Source: Octopus vulgaris
Lineage: Eukaryota
Direction: 5' to 3'
NCBI GenBank assembly: GCA_951406725.2
Contig: OX597815.1
Location: 36,332,001-36,396,000 of the forward strand
DNA length: 64,000 bases
Position numbers and translations under genes: made by a program. A model generated the notes under the pieces. It had not been told where the DNA came from. It did no database searches and saw only the letters and a list, made by a program, of their open reading frames with translations. Below, piece after piece: positions 1-12,699 of this stretch (the first letter of the stretch is position 1; each line of letters opens with the position of its first letter).

Positions 1-1013
1 ATGCCATAGTTAAATATGATACAGGCAGCCACACAATACTGTAATTACAGCAAGACATGATCCTGTTTTTTCCCCTCTTCCTTTTTCAGAGTTTTTCTTT
101 TCATTTCCATTTCACCTCATACACACACATTATATATATACACTCAGAAAATTATTTAGAATAGGATTTCAGTGACTAATTTCTCCATTTATTGAAACAA
201 AAATCTATAATGATTAGAATAAAATAAATACAGAACAGATACACCAGCAGTTTCACAGAACCAAGCATTTAGAGAGAATGTAAATAAATTTAAATATTTC
301 AGATACATTTCAACTCTTTCCATGTGCACGTGCATGTGTGTGTGTGATATTTCTGTTTTAACTTCATATAGTATATCAAATCTAAGACCAAATTAGAAAT
401 ATCTTTTTTTATCTTTTGTGCCTAAAGGATAAACTATGACAAAAAAATTGAGCAGAGATTTATTCCAATGAATAAATAAACTATTACATGTACCAAGTCC
501 TTTTTTTTTCCACCTACATGTGTGAACCAAACATTGTGTGAACAGGTTAAATCCCTTTATATGTATGTTTGATGTCAACTGCCATGTGACTGATACGTGT
601 CAAAGGTTGAAGGTCATGCATGAAGCCATTACAAGTGCAACACTTTGTTTTTCATGTTTAGCTCACTGCTTCATCTACTGTGGAGAGAATTTATTCTTTG
701 AACCCAAATTACTTTGACAGTCTTTCTGCTTGCAAAAATCTCCATAAAAATTATAGAGACATGACACAGAAAGACTGTGTGGAAGCCAATTTTAGTCATA
801 AGATAAATTTTACCTTTCATAAATTAACAGGATAAACAAGCAGAATTCAGTCAAGATTTTTTGAAAAAATAATAGCCTTCTTTACACATAAACTTGAATA
901 TTTGTTAGTCTTCCAAAAATCAGCTGACAGACAATGGCACTGAGGTAATGAGAGAGCTTCTACATCATTGCTTGAGACGTTCTAGAGAAAGAAGTTAAAT
1001 ATCCTTCAAATTA

Positions 1014-1888
1014 CTGGGTCATCCCATAAATAATGCAGTTTTTTTAATACTTTTTTTATTTTTCAAAATTAAGATAAACAGAGTTCTTTTCTTAATCCAA
1101 AATATACTCTCCTTCATTTTCTATAATGTTCTTCCATCTACTGGCAGACTTGCAAGGCTCCTCTTCCAAAATTCACTTGTCTGTAATGAAAAATACTCCT
1201 CCAGTACTGTTCTGACCTCATCTACAGAATTCATATTTTTTCCGTCCAAATGATTTTGAAGACTGCGGAATAAATGATTATTGGATGGGGCAATGTTTGG
1301 TGAATATGATGGATGGGCATCATTTCCCATTCAAACTGCTCCATCCTTTGGAATGTCATCCTCGTTATATTTGGCTAAGCATTATCCTGATGGAAAAACA
1401 TCTTTCGCCTTGAAACCAAAGATGGTTGTTTTTCTTCTAGTGCTGACTTAAGCCACTCAAGCTGCTCGCTAGCACCTCAACAGTTTGCAGGATGTCCTCG
1501 TCGAGCTCTACAGATCTTCCAGGATGAGGCTCGTCCACTAGGCTGTAGGTTCCGGCTCAGAATTTCTGGAACCACCATTGACACTGGCTTGTGCTTATTG
1601 TCCAACCCCTATACACTGCATTAATATCCCTCGCTCTTTCCATTGCGTTGTTGCCTTTATTGAACTCATAAAGCAAAATATGCCAAGTATGCTGTTTTGT
1701 CACTTCCATTATAGCTTTGAGAAAATAACTGTTAAAAACGAACTGCACTCTTCAAAACTTGCACTAAGAATAAGTACAAGGTAAAATTACTACCTGCTTT
1801 TATAGCAAGTTGATGTGGGTAGCTTATTCTGCCCTCACCCTGACTTTTAGTTCATGCAACTGAAAAAACTGCATTATTTATGATCCAA
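1014..1888 (-). mobile_element. Internally deleted mariner (DD34D-type) transposon remnant
   Basis: TA followed by TIR CTGGGTCATCCCATAAATAATGCAGTTTTTT at 1014, with a degenerate inverted copy at ~1863-1888. Minus-strand peptides MEVTKQHTWHILLYEFNKG (N-term) and HPSYSPNIAPSNNHLFRSLQNHL (YSPDLAP motif). Collinear with 52093-53360 but missing the central ~400 bp. Confidence 0.9.
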
Positions 1889-2044
1889 CACATACAATCC
1901 ACTTGAAACAGGACATACTGAACAATCCAGTCCAAATTAAGTAACACATGAGAAAAGGATAAAATGGCCATAATTAAAAGCTGTTTGGTTGATCGCAGAT
2001 CAGCAAATCAATTTTAAACTGACTAAATAGCATCGTTATATACC

Positions 2045-2310
2045 ATGGGCATATGGTGTAGTGGTTAAGGGCATGGGCTATTAACCCCAAGATTCCGAAT
2101 TCAATTCCAGGCAGTGACCTTAATAATAATAACAACAACATCAAAAAATACCTTAGGAATGAGAACCCAGGTTTAAAATTTCCCCAAGACACCTGACAAA
2201 GGCAGGAGGGTATATCAGCCAAAACGTGTTAACAACAAACAAGATAAGGACAAATATCCATCAAATGTAAATAATGTACATAATTCCTCATGTCTTAAAT
2301 ATAGAACTGT
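2045..2310 (+). mobile_element. tRNA-headed SINE-like element with degenerate hammerhead-like motif in its tail
   Basis: A-box-like TGGTGTAGTGG (2054-2064), B-box-like GAATTCAATTCC (2097-2108). At 2188-2230: GACAC-CTGACAA-A-GGCAG-loop-CAGCC-AAAA-CGTGTT. Confidence 0.55.
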
Positions 2311-2624
2311 AAATAACAACAATCCACAATAAGCATTCTTGAGCTAAGAAAATCAAGACGCACATGAAGAATTAAATGAACATTAAAGGGGAGGAACTAG
2401 AGAATATTGCTGTAGAGTTTCAATGGCACAATTGAAGTTTGAAAGTGTAACCTTGACAAAACTTAATGGAAATTTATATTAAAAAAAGATAATTAAATTC
2501 CTATTTACTACAACTTTATCAGTAGCAATAATAACACTTACATTCAAACTGTGAGAAATAGCAGCTAAATCTTCCTTAATCTTTTTTTACCATACTTCTG
2601 CTGAAAAACTCCATTTGCTTAAAA

Positions 2625-2692
2625 CCACAGTTCCCAACCCTTTTATTTAAATGAGTTTTACCACAGACCCCTTTTAGTATGCTTATCCTTAT

Positions 2693-2724
<32 letters not shown>

Positions 2725-2739
2725 GTGTGTGTGTGTGTA

Positions 2740-2775
<36 letters not shown>

Positions 2776-2869
2776 TATATGTATATATATATATCCTGTC
2801 CAACCCTTGCTAGCATGGAAAACGGACGTTAAGCGATGATGATGATGATGATATATATATATATATATA

Positions 2870-2964
<95 letters not shown>

Positions 2965-3018
2965 GTATATATATACACATGAGTACTACCTTTGTGGATC
3001 CCAGGTTGAAAACCACTG
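2625..3018. mobile_element. Degenerate hAT-type MITE with nested microsatellites and a short RTE tail
   Basis: 8-bp direct repeat GCTTAAAA at 2617-2624 and 3019-3026. Right end GGTTGAAAACCACTG; left end degenerate (CCACAGTTCCCAACC). Confidence 0.5.
2690..2975. repeat. Compound (TA)n/(TG)n/(TATG)n microsatellite with a 5'-truncated RTE tail (2797-2851) inside
   Basis: Directly visible. GTCCAACCC..GCTAGCATGGAAAACGGACGTTAA-(GAT)n lies inside the tract. Confidence 0.95.
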
Positions 3019-3529
3019 GCTTAAAATAATTTTGAAAATAATGAAGAATTCAGTGAAGTAACTCTCATTATTAAGTTATTAGCAGGGAATTTCGATGGAA
3101 GTTTTTAATTTAGATCACTTTAAAACTGGAAGTTTATATCATAGAACCTGAGGCAGTTTCAGGCAGGTTGGTGTCAAAAGGGTTAAATCATACCCTATAG
3201 TATTTTTTAAGCACGCATGCACACACAACACACACACACACAGAAGACAATGTAGTTCTAGACATATAAAAGAGATGGGGTAGATATGGCTTTTGATTAC
3301 AGGGCTGCTCCATATGGACCAACAGGAAGGTAATCAGCACCATCTACTCTCTTTCACAGACACGTGCACAAACACACACACACGTTTCCAAACACCTTTG
3401 TTATTTCATTGTAGGCCTGTTTCACTGTTACTCATGTGACAGACAGACAGAAATTATTATAATTACATTATTAATTGGTGCATGACAAAATGAAGTGGAC
3501 AAAATGCCTTGTCATATTTAGTTGGGTCC

Positions 3530-4215
3530 ACTTACATTCTGAGTTCAAATTCCACCAGGATCGACTTCACTTTTCATTCTTCAGAAGATAAAATATGTTA
3601 AACATTAGGGATAGTTTACTCCTAATTTTGAGGCCCAGTGGTTATTTAGAAAGTGTTTTTGGCATTATCATCATTATTTGGTATTTGATTTTTTAGATGT
3701 GTTTTGAGTTTAAACCATGTCAAGATCAACTTTGCCTTTCATCCATTCAGGGTTGATGAAATAGAGTACCAGTCAAGTACCAGGATTGATATACAATGAT
3801 AGCCCTGTGCTTAAATTAGAAACAATTATTTCAAAATTAACTTTGCCTTTCATCTTTCTGAGGGCCGATAAAGTTAAGTATCAACAAGTAGTGGGGTCAA
3901 TGGTATAGACTATCTCTCCCCCACTCAATGGTATAGACTATCTCTCCCCCAGTGCAAGCTGTTGGCTTTGTGCCTAAGTTAGAAATTTGTCCTGATGACA
4001 AATATAAGAAATCATCACCGTTATTATTATTATTATTATTATTATTTATTCAAATTCTGCTAAGTTCAAATTTGCCTTTCATCTTTTCAGAATCAATAAA
4101 ATAAGTAACAGTTGAGCACTGAGGTCAATGTAATCAATAACCTACTCCCCCAAAATGGTTGGGCTTGAGCCAAAATTTCAAATCACCATTATTATTATTA
4201 TTGTTATTATTATTT
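3530..4215 (+). mobile_element. Head-to-tail cluster of degenerate SINE copies (family A2, (ATT)n tails)
   Basis: About four recurrences of the core TTTGCCTTTCATC..GATAAAATAAGTACCAG..GGGGTCAATG, some separated by (ATT)n. Confidence 0.75.
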
Positions 4216-5070
4216 AATAATAGTCGTATTTGGTGTATGATGGAGTTGGTAGGGTGCTTTACAAAAAATACTTTGCAGTATTTCCTTCTCTTTTTACATG
4301 CTGAGGTTCATTTCTCCCTTCATCCTTCATAAGGTCAATAAAGAAGATACTGGGAATCAGTTTACTCAACTGCGTTCTCCTGCAGCCCACTGTTAGAAAT
4401 CATTTTTCTAATTATACTTATTGCAAGAAAGAACTGAGGTAAAAAAAAAAAAAAAGAGAAAAAAAATTGACAGTAATTTGTAAGATATATATTAGTTCGG
4501 ATCTTTTGCTTAATTGTTAAGGTTGTCTTTATCTTTTACTTGTTTCAGCCACTGGATGTGGCCATGCTTAGGCACCGCTTTAAAGGGTTTCATTGAACAA
4601 ATCAACCCTGATGCTTGTTTATATTTTTTTAAAGTTTGGTGCTTATTCTATCAGTTTCTTTCACCAAAATGCTAAGTCATAGGGCCATACACAAACCAAC
4701 AATGGTTGTCAAGTGGTGATGGTGTGAGGAAGAAAACACACACACACAGAGCGTGTTTCTACAGTTTCCATTTACCAGATTCGTTCACAAGGGATTGGTT
4801 GACCCAAGTGCTGTGTATTGGGACTGAACCTGACCTCTGTGGTTGCAAAGTGAGCTTCTTAATCACATAGCCATGCCTGCACACACACACACACACCAAT
4901 ATTTTTGAAGAGAGAAAAACAGGAAGTTGTGATAATCACAGCTTTGGTTCTCAAAATGACAAACACTAAGCCTTGCTCCAAATATCAGTGAAACTTCTGC
5001 CTATCTTCACCTCTTTATTAAAGAGAAAACAAAATAGAGTATATATACATATATATATACATATATATAT

Positions 5071-5635
5071 CGTAAGGTGTACTAGCCATCTGAATGTGGC
5101 TAGCCACTGGGGGTGGGGTGTTACTGATGCTTTTAGCCCCAGGCGATCAACGTCACCAGATGGACTTTAGACACAAAATTTCAGTGCCTTTGCAAATAAC
5201 ACAAGGGCACTGAAATTTTGTGTCTAAAGTCCATCTGGTACGTTGATCGCCTGGGGCTAAAAGCATCAGTAACACCTCACCCCCAGTGGCTAGCCACATT
5301 CAGATGGCTAGTACACCTTACGTTGTCAGCGGTTACTGTTTATATCTCGTTCAGAGATTTATTAATGCTTATATATATATCATTTTATATAAAATTAATT
5401 AAGGGTAGAAACTGATATTAGTCAATTAAAACCAGTTGTCTAGCATATTAAAATGAATCCGAAGATTAAAATATTTATATATACCAATTGAGGACTGAAC
5501 ACGAAAAGTGGACAGTCAACATGCTAGATATAGGCGTCAAATCGCCATTCTCCTTTGTGGAGAATGGCGATTTGAGCCTATATCTAGCATGTTGACTGTC
5601 CACTTTTCGTGTTCAGTCCTCAATTGGTATATATA
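5071..5635. repeat. Double fold-back element (two long palindromes) embedded in (TA)n
   Basis: Hairpin 1 has arms 5071-5192 and 5202-5322 (~120 bp, few mismatches). Hairpin 2 has arms 5476-5553 and 5559-5635 (~78 bp, one bulge, 5-nt loop). TA-rich tracts flank both sides. Confidence 0.95.
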
Positions 5636-7027
5636 TATATATATATATATCAATATAATTATATTATTTTAGCCATAATGTTGGACAAGTTCATAAAGTT
5701 GAAAACCATCTTAATTTTAATAAACATGGCCATATGTCTCTCCTTTTTTCAATCTTCACACACATCTATACAAGAAACACAGATTGATGTCATACCTAAC
5801 AACATTAATATCACTAGTGAAGTGAAATGGTATCCTTCTAGGATTGGAGCGTATGACGTTCATTCACCGGAAGCTTATTTCTTGCTCTAAATGTGCAACA
5901 TCAGCTAGATATACATTAAATACAGACAAAAATCCATCATGATGTATGTACATCAAATGTCCCAGATTTGATTCATTACATTTGAGGTAATCAGTAGTAG
6001 AATTTGGTTATTCTAGAATAGAGAGAGACGTGATCGATACGTAAGTCATGTCAGTTTATAACGTATCATATATCTCTTTGATGTTCATACCTTTTTTTAT
6101 TACTATTTTCATTTCCGTCATCATGATTGAAGGAGTATTGAGTGATTTTAAATCATGACCATTTCTCTTTCTCTCTCTACCCGCTTTGTCCTCTACCAAA
6201 CTTCTCTTTCTGTTTACACGAACTCTTTCTTTCTTCCTTTTTCTTTTTAAACTCACACACTTGATATGCACACATTCAAACACGCACATACTAAAGATAT
6301 TTGAAATGCTGTTTTTGTTTCTTTTTTTTACTGGAAAATGAAATAAACTGACCATGAACACTCTCTCTCTTTCTCTTACACACATGCAGAACTTCTTCCT
6401 GTACCTCATTAGAAAAAAGCAACAGAGAATTGAATCATGGTACTTATAACGTGCTGGATTGAAAGGCCAATCAGTTGCTAAATATTATAACTCTGCTTCA
6501 GTAGAAACATATTGGCGTTACACTGCACCCCACATCACCACAGTAGAATAATGACTACATTTTATTTTTATGTTTTAGTAGGAGAAAAGGCAGTACTCAT
6601 AACTCTTTAAAGGGCCTCTGAAACTAGTGAGAGAAAAGGAGGAAATATCTTCAAACTGGAAATCTGGCCTAAATGCTTGCAAAACAGTGGATTCTGCTAA
6701 GACATGCAAAGAGTCAAGTGGTGATGTTAAACCTGGTCAGAGAATAAGTCTACTGACTGAAGCCAAGTAGGCCACAGTGGAATCTAAACTCAGAATGCAA
6801 AGAGCAGGGAAAGAATACCAGAAAGCATCCTATGATGTTCTTACAGCCCAGCCAATCCACTACCCCAGCTTGGTACTTTTTCCATTCAAAGGAACATAAG
6901 AAATGATGACCATAATGGGAATTGAACTTATGGTGCAGCAAGTCAGAACAAAGACTGTGAGGTATTCTGCTTGATACACTAATGACTCTGCCAATTTGCT
7001 ACCTACTACTGTGTTGAATATGGTGGA

Positions 7028-7262
7028 GTGAAGACTTGTGGCCTAGGGGTTAGGGGTGATGTATATACAATCACAAGATTCAAGCTTTGATTCCTGGATC
7101 AGGTGGTACATTGTATTCTTGAGCAAGACACTTCATTTCATGTTGCTCCAGTCAACTCAGCTGTAAATGAGTAACCCTGCAATGGACTGGTGTCCCTATT
7201 CAGAGGAAATGTTATGATCTCAGTCACTTATCTGCCAAGGAGACTGAGTAAGTGGCATTATG
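7028..7262 (+). mobile_element. Degenerate tRNA-headed SINE with V-domain-like segment; related copy at ~25247-25470 (-)
   Basis: GTGGCCTAGGGGTTAG head, TTGAGCAAGACACTT, and CCCTGCAATGGACTGGTGTCCC resembling the 3' half of 35291-35598. Confidence 0.55.
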
Positions 7263-8890
7263 TGTGCTTTTGTTTAATTGCTTGAGTTAATTTTGGACAG
7301 ATCATCATTATCAACACCATCATCATTAAATGTCAACTTTTCCATGTTTACATGGGTCATATGGAATTTGTTGAGGCAGATATTTCTATGACTGGATACC
7401 CTTCCTGTCACCAACTTTCATCTGATTCCAAACAAGGAAATATTTCCTATGGACAGACACGTTTTATATAGAAGGCTGGAAATGAACAATAAACAATATT
7501 ACTTGCATGAGATTGATGCTTATTTACAACTACAAGATGATATCAAGACAAGGGCACACATAAATACACATATATATATATTCAGATGATAGGCCACTTT
7601 CAGTTCTCATCAACCAAATTCACTCATAAAGCTTTGGTTGGCCCCAGGCTACAGCAGAAGTTACTTGCCCAAGCTGCCACACAGTGGGACTGAACCCGAG
7701 ACCAAGCTTCTTAATCACATGGTCATGTGGTATGCATTCCTGGGTATTTTTTCACAGTCATTCTTTTAATTTATAATGTCACTCTCTGTATATTTCTGAA
7801 GTCCTCTTTACTTCTTTATTCAGTCAAGTTCTGTAGAAAGTTGAACAAGAAAAGGTCAGCAACCTTTTTGAATTTGCAAGATGAATGACATATTAAGCAA
7901 TGGCAAGTGGGCCTGATAAAAAGTATAAAAAATTTGAAATATGCCAATTCATTGAAGTATATTTAGTTATGCTTTTCACTAAATCAATGAATGATGCATA
8001 CTACAAAATCATTTTTGCTTTGTAAAGTATACTAAATAATAATTAAAAAACTTAATTCAATTGCACATGGTTTTAATCAGTTATCTACTGAATCTATTAA
8101 AAACATTCAAAAAACAATTAGAGCACAAAAAGTATGAACATGGTGAACTGAATGGAGGTTAATTATGTATAAAAAAGAAAATGATATAATTTAATTCAAT
8201 CAAAGGACCAATGTAGAATTTGATGCTGCCATGTGTTGCTTGAAAGTTCACTTTGAAATGCTTAGAATAAAGGGTAAAAATCATTTAAGGCCAGATAAGA
8301 ATTATAATAGTTGCATACAAGCCTATCAAAATCCCTTTGCAGGCAAGAGTTGACTCACAGGCTGTAGGAAGCCTACCTTTTATTTACTAAACCTTGAAGT
8401 GGTCCAATAAGACAAAGCATATTGATAGTAGGCACCACACTACTCAAGATTAGACCTATTTCCATCACATTCTATTTTTAATTGTTAGTAATTAAAATTT
8501 CAAGACTATCCCCCACCATTTCCTTTTACCAGGATTAGTAATTTAGATAATGACTATTCTCATACAGGTGTAACTTCTTGGCTTGCTTACATCTAGAATG
8601 CTAGTTCCACTCGTCATCAATATGGTACTAAAGGTTATTTAATGAATATTTAAGAGTAATGTGAAGGGATATGCAATGTTTTACATACATACTTCATGAT
8701 TACAAACTGAAATCTCACTGAGCACCTTATGATATGATGCTTGTTGGTCTAGAGGATAGAGTGACAGTCTGAACACACTGTGCTGTCACAATGTGTCCAG
8801 ACTGATAGGTTACCAGGTAGTAGTCTGGGAATACTGTAACAAGTTGAATGATGGAGTGAATACAGTAAAAGAAAATCCAGTGGTAGTGGT

Positions 8891-9466
8891 GCGGGGCGGC
8901 AGGTATACATAGTCAAGGGCGAAGCAGAAAAGAAGAACTTTGCCAATGTCCAGCGACGTGAGGACCAAAGAACTGAGGTATTTCGGATTGCAAGACAGTG
9001 TGTGAGAGAAAATTGTGATGTCACGGAAGAGAAATATGTCTGCATGGATGATGGTGCACTTGCTTTTAATGATTCTGAAAAGAAAGAGGCTTGGAGTAGC
9101 CATTATGAAAGACTGCTGAACATGGAGAATGAATGGGAGGAGGAGAGCCTGCCAAATATTGACGCAGTAGAGGGACCAGCTATCCGAATAGACAGCTCCC
9201 TGGTAGATAAAGCAATTAAGGGTATGAAACCAGGAAAAGCCCTCCAGCCCATCAGGAATCACTGCTGAGATGCTTAAAATATCTGGTGGTGTGGGCTATG
9301 GCCTAGTTACCCGCATTGTAAACCAGGTAGTTCATGATGGAGTCATACCCAATGACTGGCGTAGCAGCACCAGACTGGAGCCTGGTGCAGCCTCCTGGCT
9401 TCCCAGACCCCAGTTGAACCGCCCAACCCATGCTAGCATGGAAAACGGACGTTAAACAATGATGAT
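8891..9466 (+). mobile_element. RTE-clade LINE fragment: pre-RT ORF segment fused directly to the 3' tail
   Basis: Peptide RQVYIVKGEAEKKNF..KKEAWSSHYERLLNMENEW..AIKGMKPGKA(fs)PSGITAEMLK..VIPNDWRSS. At ~9370 it switches abruptly to the tail CAGACTGGAGCCTGGTGCAGCC..CATGCTAGCATGGAAAACGGACGTTAAAC-(GAT). Confidence 0.85.
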
Positions 9467-10059
9467 TGTGAGAAGTGACAGTGGTGGTATATCAAGAGAA
9501 GGTAGTGCAGCAATCTAGGCATATTATGTGAAGTGTAGTGTGTATTTTAGCAATATTTTGGAGGGCAATGAGATTCAATATGGGAATATTTTAAAAAGTA
9601 TCATGCAACATTTTGGAATGAGAAATGTAGCATATTAATCGAATTGTTTGCAGTATTTGTGCAACTATCTTCCAACTTTATGTTCTGAGATCAAATTCTG
9701 CTGAGGTCAACTTTGCTTTTCATCCTTTTGGGGTTGATGAAATAAGTACTAATCTAGCATGAGGTTGATGTAATTGACTTACCCCCTCCCACAAAACTTC
9801 AAGCCCTGTACTTATAATAGAAAGAATTAATTGTACAACTGCTTATATGGACATGTGTGTATGTGTGCATGAGTGGGTTGATTTCAAGTGATGATTCTAT
9901 AGCAAGAATAAGAATAACTACAGAACATATACTAATAGGTAGAAAGTACGGTCAAATTCATTATAAAATTTATTTTGACTGGAACCAAGTTTTGTTTGAT
10001 GGCTTATTCAACTAGTAGTTGAATAAGATTGGTCAAATAAGCTATCAGGTGATACTTAA

Positions 10060-10281
10060 CCCATATTAGCATTTAAACCAACCATATTCAGCCAAAATAT
10101 CCTATTCATTTGAAGTTCAAATGAGCCAGATCTAGCCTCCCACATCTTCACAACAATGTCATTCTAAAAATAAACTATCACACTATCAAACTCTTAAAGC
10201 TACAAGATAATGCATGACTAATTCAAAATAATGAGTATCAATAAGCTTGAAATTTGACAGAGTAATCTGAATGCTAAAGGG
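10060..10281. mobile_element. piggyBac-type MITE; related copy at 48213-48430
   Basis: TTAA-CCC...GGG-TTAA ends, imperfect TIR (CCCATATTAGCATT / ATGCTAAAGGG), internal sequence shared with the 48213 copy. Confidence 0.7.
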
Positions 10282-10778
10282 TTAAAGTCTTAGTTGAAGT
10301 AAATTTCATTTTATGATTGCAGGAGTGGACAGAATGGAAGCAGTTGTTGAATGCTGGTTCAAATTTCAGTAGATTCTTTATGGTGGGTGTAAATCAAATG
10401 AAGCAAATTGGGATGGTGTCAGTGAATTTAATTCAAATGTGTGGGGATGCTTCAACTTACAGTTGCTGAGGGTTGCATTAAGCTCATTTGTGTTTCTTGT
10501 ATGAATGCTATTTTAAGGCAAAATACTTTATTTTGAATAATTGGTAAGTTCTTGTATTTTTGTGAAAGAACTACACATGCATACCATACACACACACAGA
10601 TTACAGAATCCCCAACATTTTCAAAATAGGGACCTACTGTTTCTGAAATATTCAGATAATAGAGACAGTGTAACCAAAGTAAGAATGTTTGTCAAATGCG
10701 GGAACTTGTAACATTGGATATTCTACAACTCTATAAATATGATGATAAATGTGTGATCACCAACAAATTTTGTTAGCT

Positions 10779-10949
10779 ACTACACTCACGGAGTGGTTGG
10801 CGTTAGGAAGGGCATCCAGCTGTAGAAACATTGCCAGATCAGACTGGGCCTGGTGCAGCCTTCTGGCTTCCCAGACCCCAGTTGAACCGTCCAACCCATG
10901 CTAGCATGGAAAGCGGATGCTAAATGATGATGATGATGATGATGATGAC
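10779..10949 (+). mobile_element. 5'-truncated RTE 3' UTR copy with (GAT)n tail; similar copies at 13586-13860(-), 28373-28848(-), 34266-34550(+), 37372-37530(-), 60409-60838(-)
   Basis: Shared GGAGTGGTTGGCGTTAGGAAGGGCATCCAGCTGTAGAAAC..CCAACCCATGCTAGCATGG-(GAT)n. The same sequence is the 3' UTR of the RTE at 55571-56633. Confidence 0.9.
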
Positions 10950-12699
10950 TTCTATGTCATAGGTCAGCACAACAGCAACACTAACACTTTTTCAAAGCAA
11001 TATTTTATACAAAACTGATAAATAAATTCTTCGTTATCTTGGCTAAGGGCCAACAATTTTGAAAGGAGGGGAAATGTCAATTACATTGACCCTAGTGCTC
11101 AACTGCTACTTGTTTTATCAATCCTGAAAAGATGAAAAACAAAGCTGACCATAGTGGCATTTGAACTCAGAATGTAAAGAGCTGGAAGAAATGCTGTTAA
11201 TTTTTTTTATAGCATAGTAATAACACTACCAGCTTGCTACCTTAATTGATTAATCTATAATTAATAAAAGTGAAATTCTATCTGGGACCCCTATATCTCA
11301 GTCTATACTTGCTCTTCAGAGACATATTATACATGATGCCAGGATTGAAAATCTACCCTTCGTTTGGTTCTTGAACATCCAGCATTGAAATTTGATTTAA
11401 AAGCATTTGGGCTGCTATTTCTAGGAGGTAGAGCCTCGCTGATTCACACTATCTTGGTTGGCATTTGTCAGATGACGTCAGAGATTAAGGGGGAGATAAA
11501 TGACATTCACTTTGTTAATTTTACATCGAGATAAGAACTTTGGGACAAATTGGCCAACAGTTGGAATTCAACTTGGGACTGGAACAATTGAATGATTGCA
11601 TTACAGAATTAATTCTCATCAGTCCTTAACCTCTGATCAAACACCACTGGGGCATATAGTCATTATAGACATATTATAGTCATGCTATTTAGCTCTCTTT
11701 TGTTTTGGGCCGCAGACCCAATCAGCCCCATAGGAGCTAGCTGCATGGAGTGTGGCTTTAAGCTAGTAAATTAATAAACCTTATAATGTATTTGGATATC
11801 TTCCTCAAATAAGACAGCAATATTATATAACTGACTCATATATTTATAACATGATCACAGACACCGACAACCAACCATACTGACATACACTAAGAGACAT
11901 ACATAGTCATACATTTATCTTCTTCAACAGAACAATAATTCATACGAACCCCCTCACAAAATTGAAGTACATTCATACACATTCATACACACAGTTCCCA
12001 GAGAATTCTCCTACCATACATAACACCCAACAAACACAGAAACAGGCCCTACACACACCTTTTAAGACTGACTGGTTTACACACATAGTAGCACTCAGAG
12101 AATGGGATGGAGAGAGAGAGAGCGGGAGTAGAGGGAGAAGAGAGAGAAAAAGAGAGACAGAAGTCAGTTTGAGTTGGCCAACAAACTTAGATAATTAACA
12201 AAATTTCTAGTAAGTTACAAAAGCTGACTTCTCTGTAACAATTAGACCAGAACTTGTGCACAACACTTGATTGGAGATAGTAAAAATAAGGAGACTATAC
12301 AGAAATTGTACGTATGTGTTTTAACTTACTTTGTATGTTTGACCATGTGAAAAGAAACTGTGTGTGTGTGTGTGTGTACAGAAAAAGAAAAGAAAGCGAG
12401 AGATGTTTATCAAGTGCTTTTGATATTTTTATGATACCAAGCCAACATCAAAGTTAATATACACACAAACATATATGTACATGTGTGTGTGTTTAGGTAG
12501 ATAGATAGATAGACAGATAGAGAGATAGACAGACAGACACAAATGAGTAAGAGAAACTCGAAATGAGGTAGCAAAAAATGGCCCCAAGATGTTAAAATTG
12601 ATAAAGGAGATGCTAGGAGACTATGACGATATTTGGTGCTACAGAAGACCTAATCTCACATATAAGCTTGGCCAAATCCCTTTTTGAAATATTGGGTTA

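Noticed and set aside
2576-3061. ORFs rich in YI/HT/CV dipeptides (also 25860-26456, 60442-61046)
   Set aside because: These are translations of (TA)n/(CA)n microsatellites.
11590-11630. Minus-strand CTGATGA-GAATTAATTC hairpin as a hammerhead
   Set aside because: It is followed by TGTAA rather than GAAA, and there is no credible stem I.
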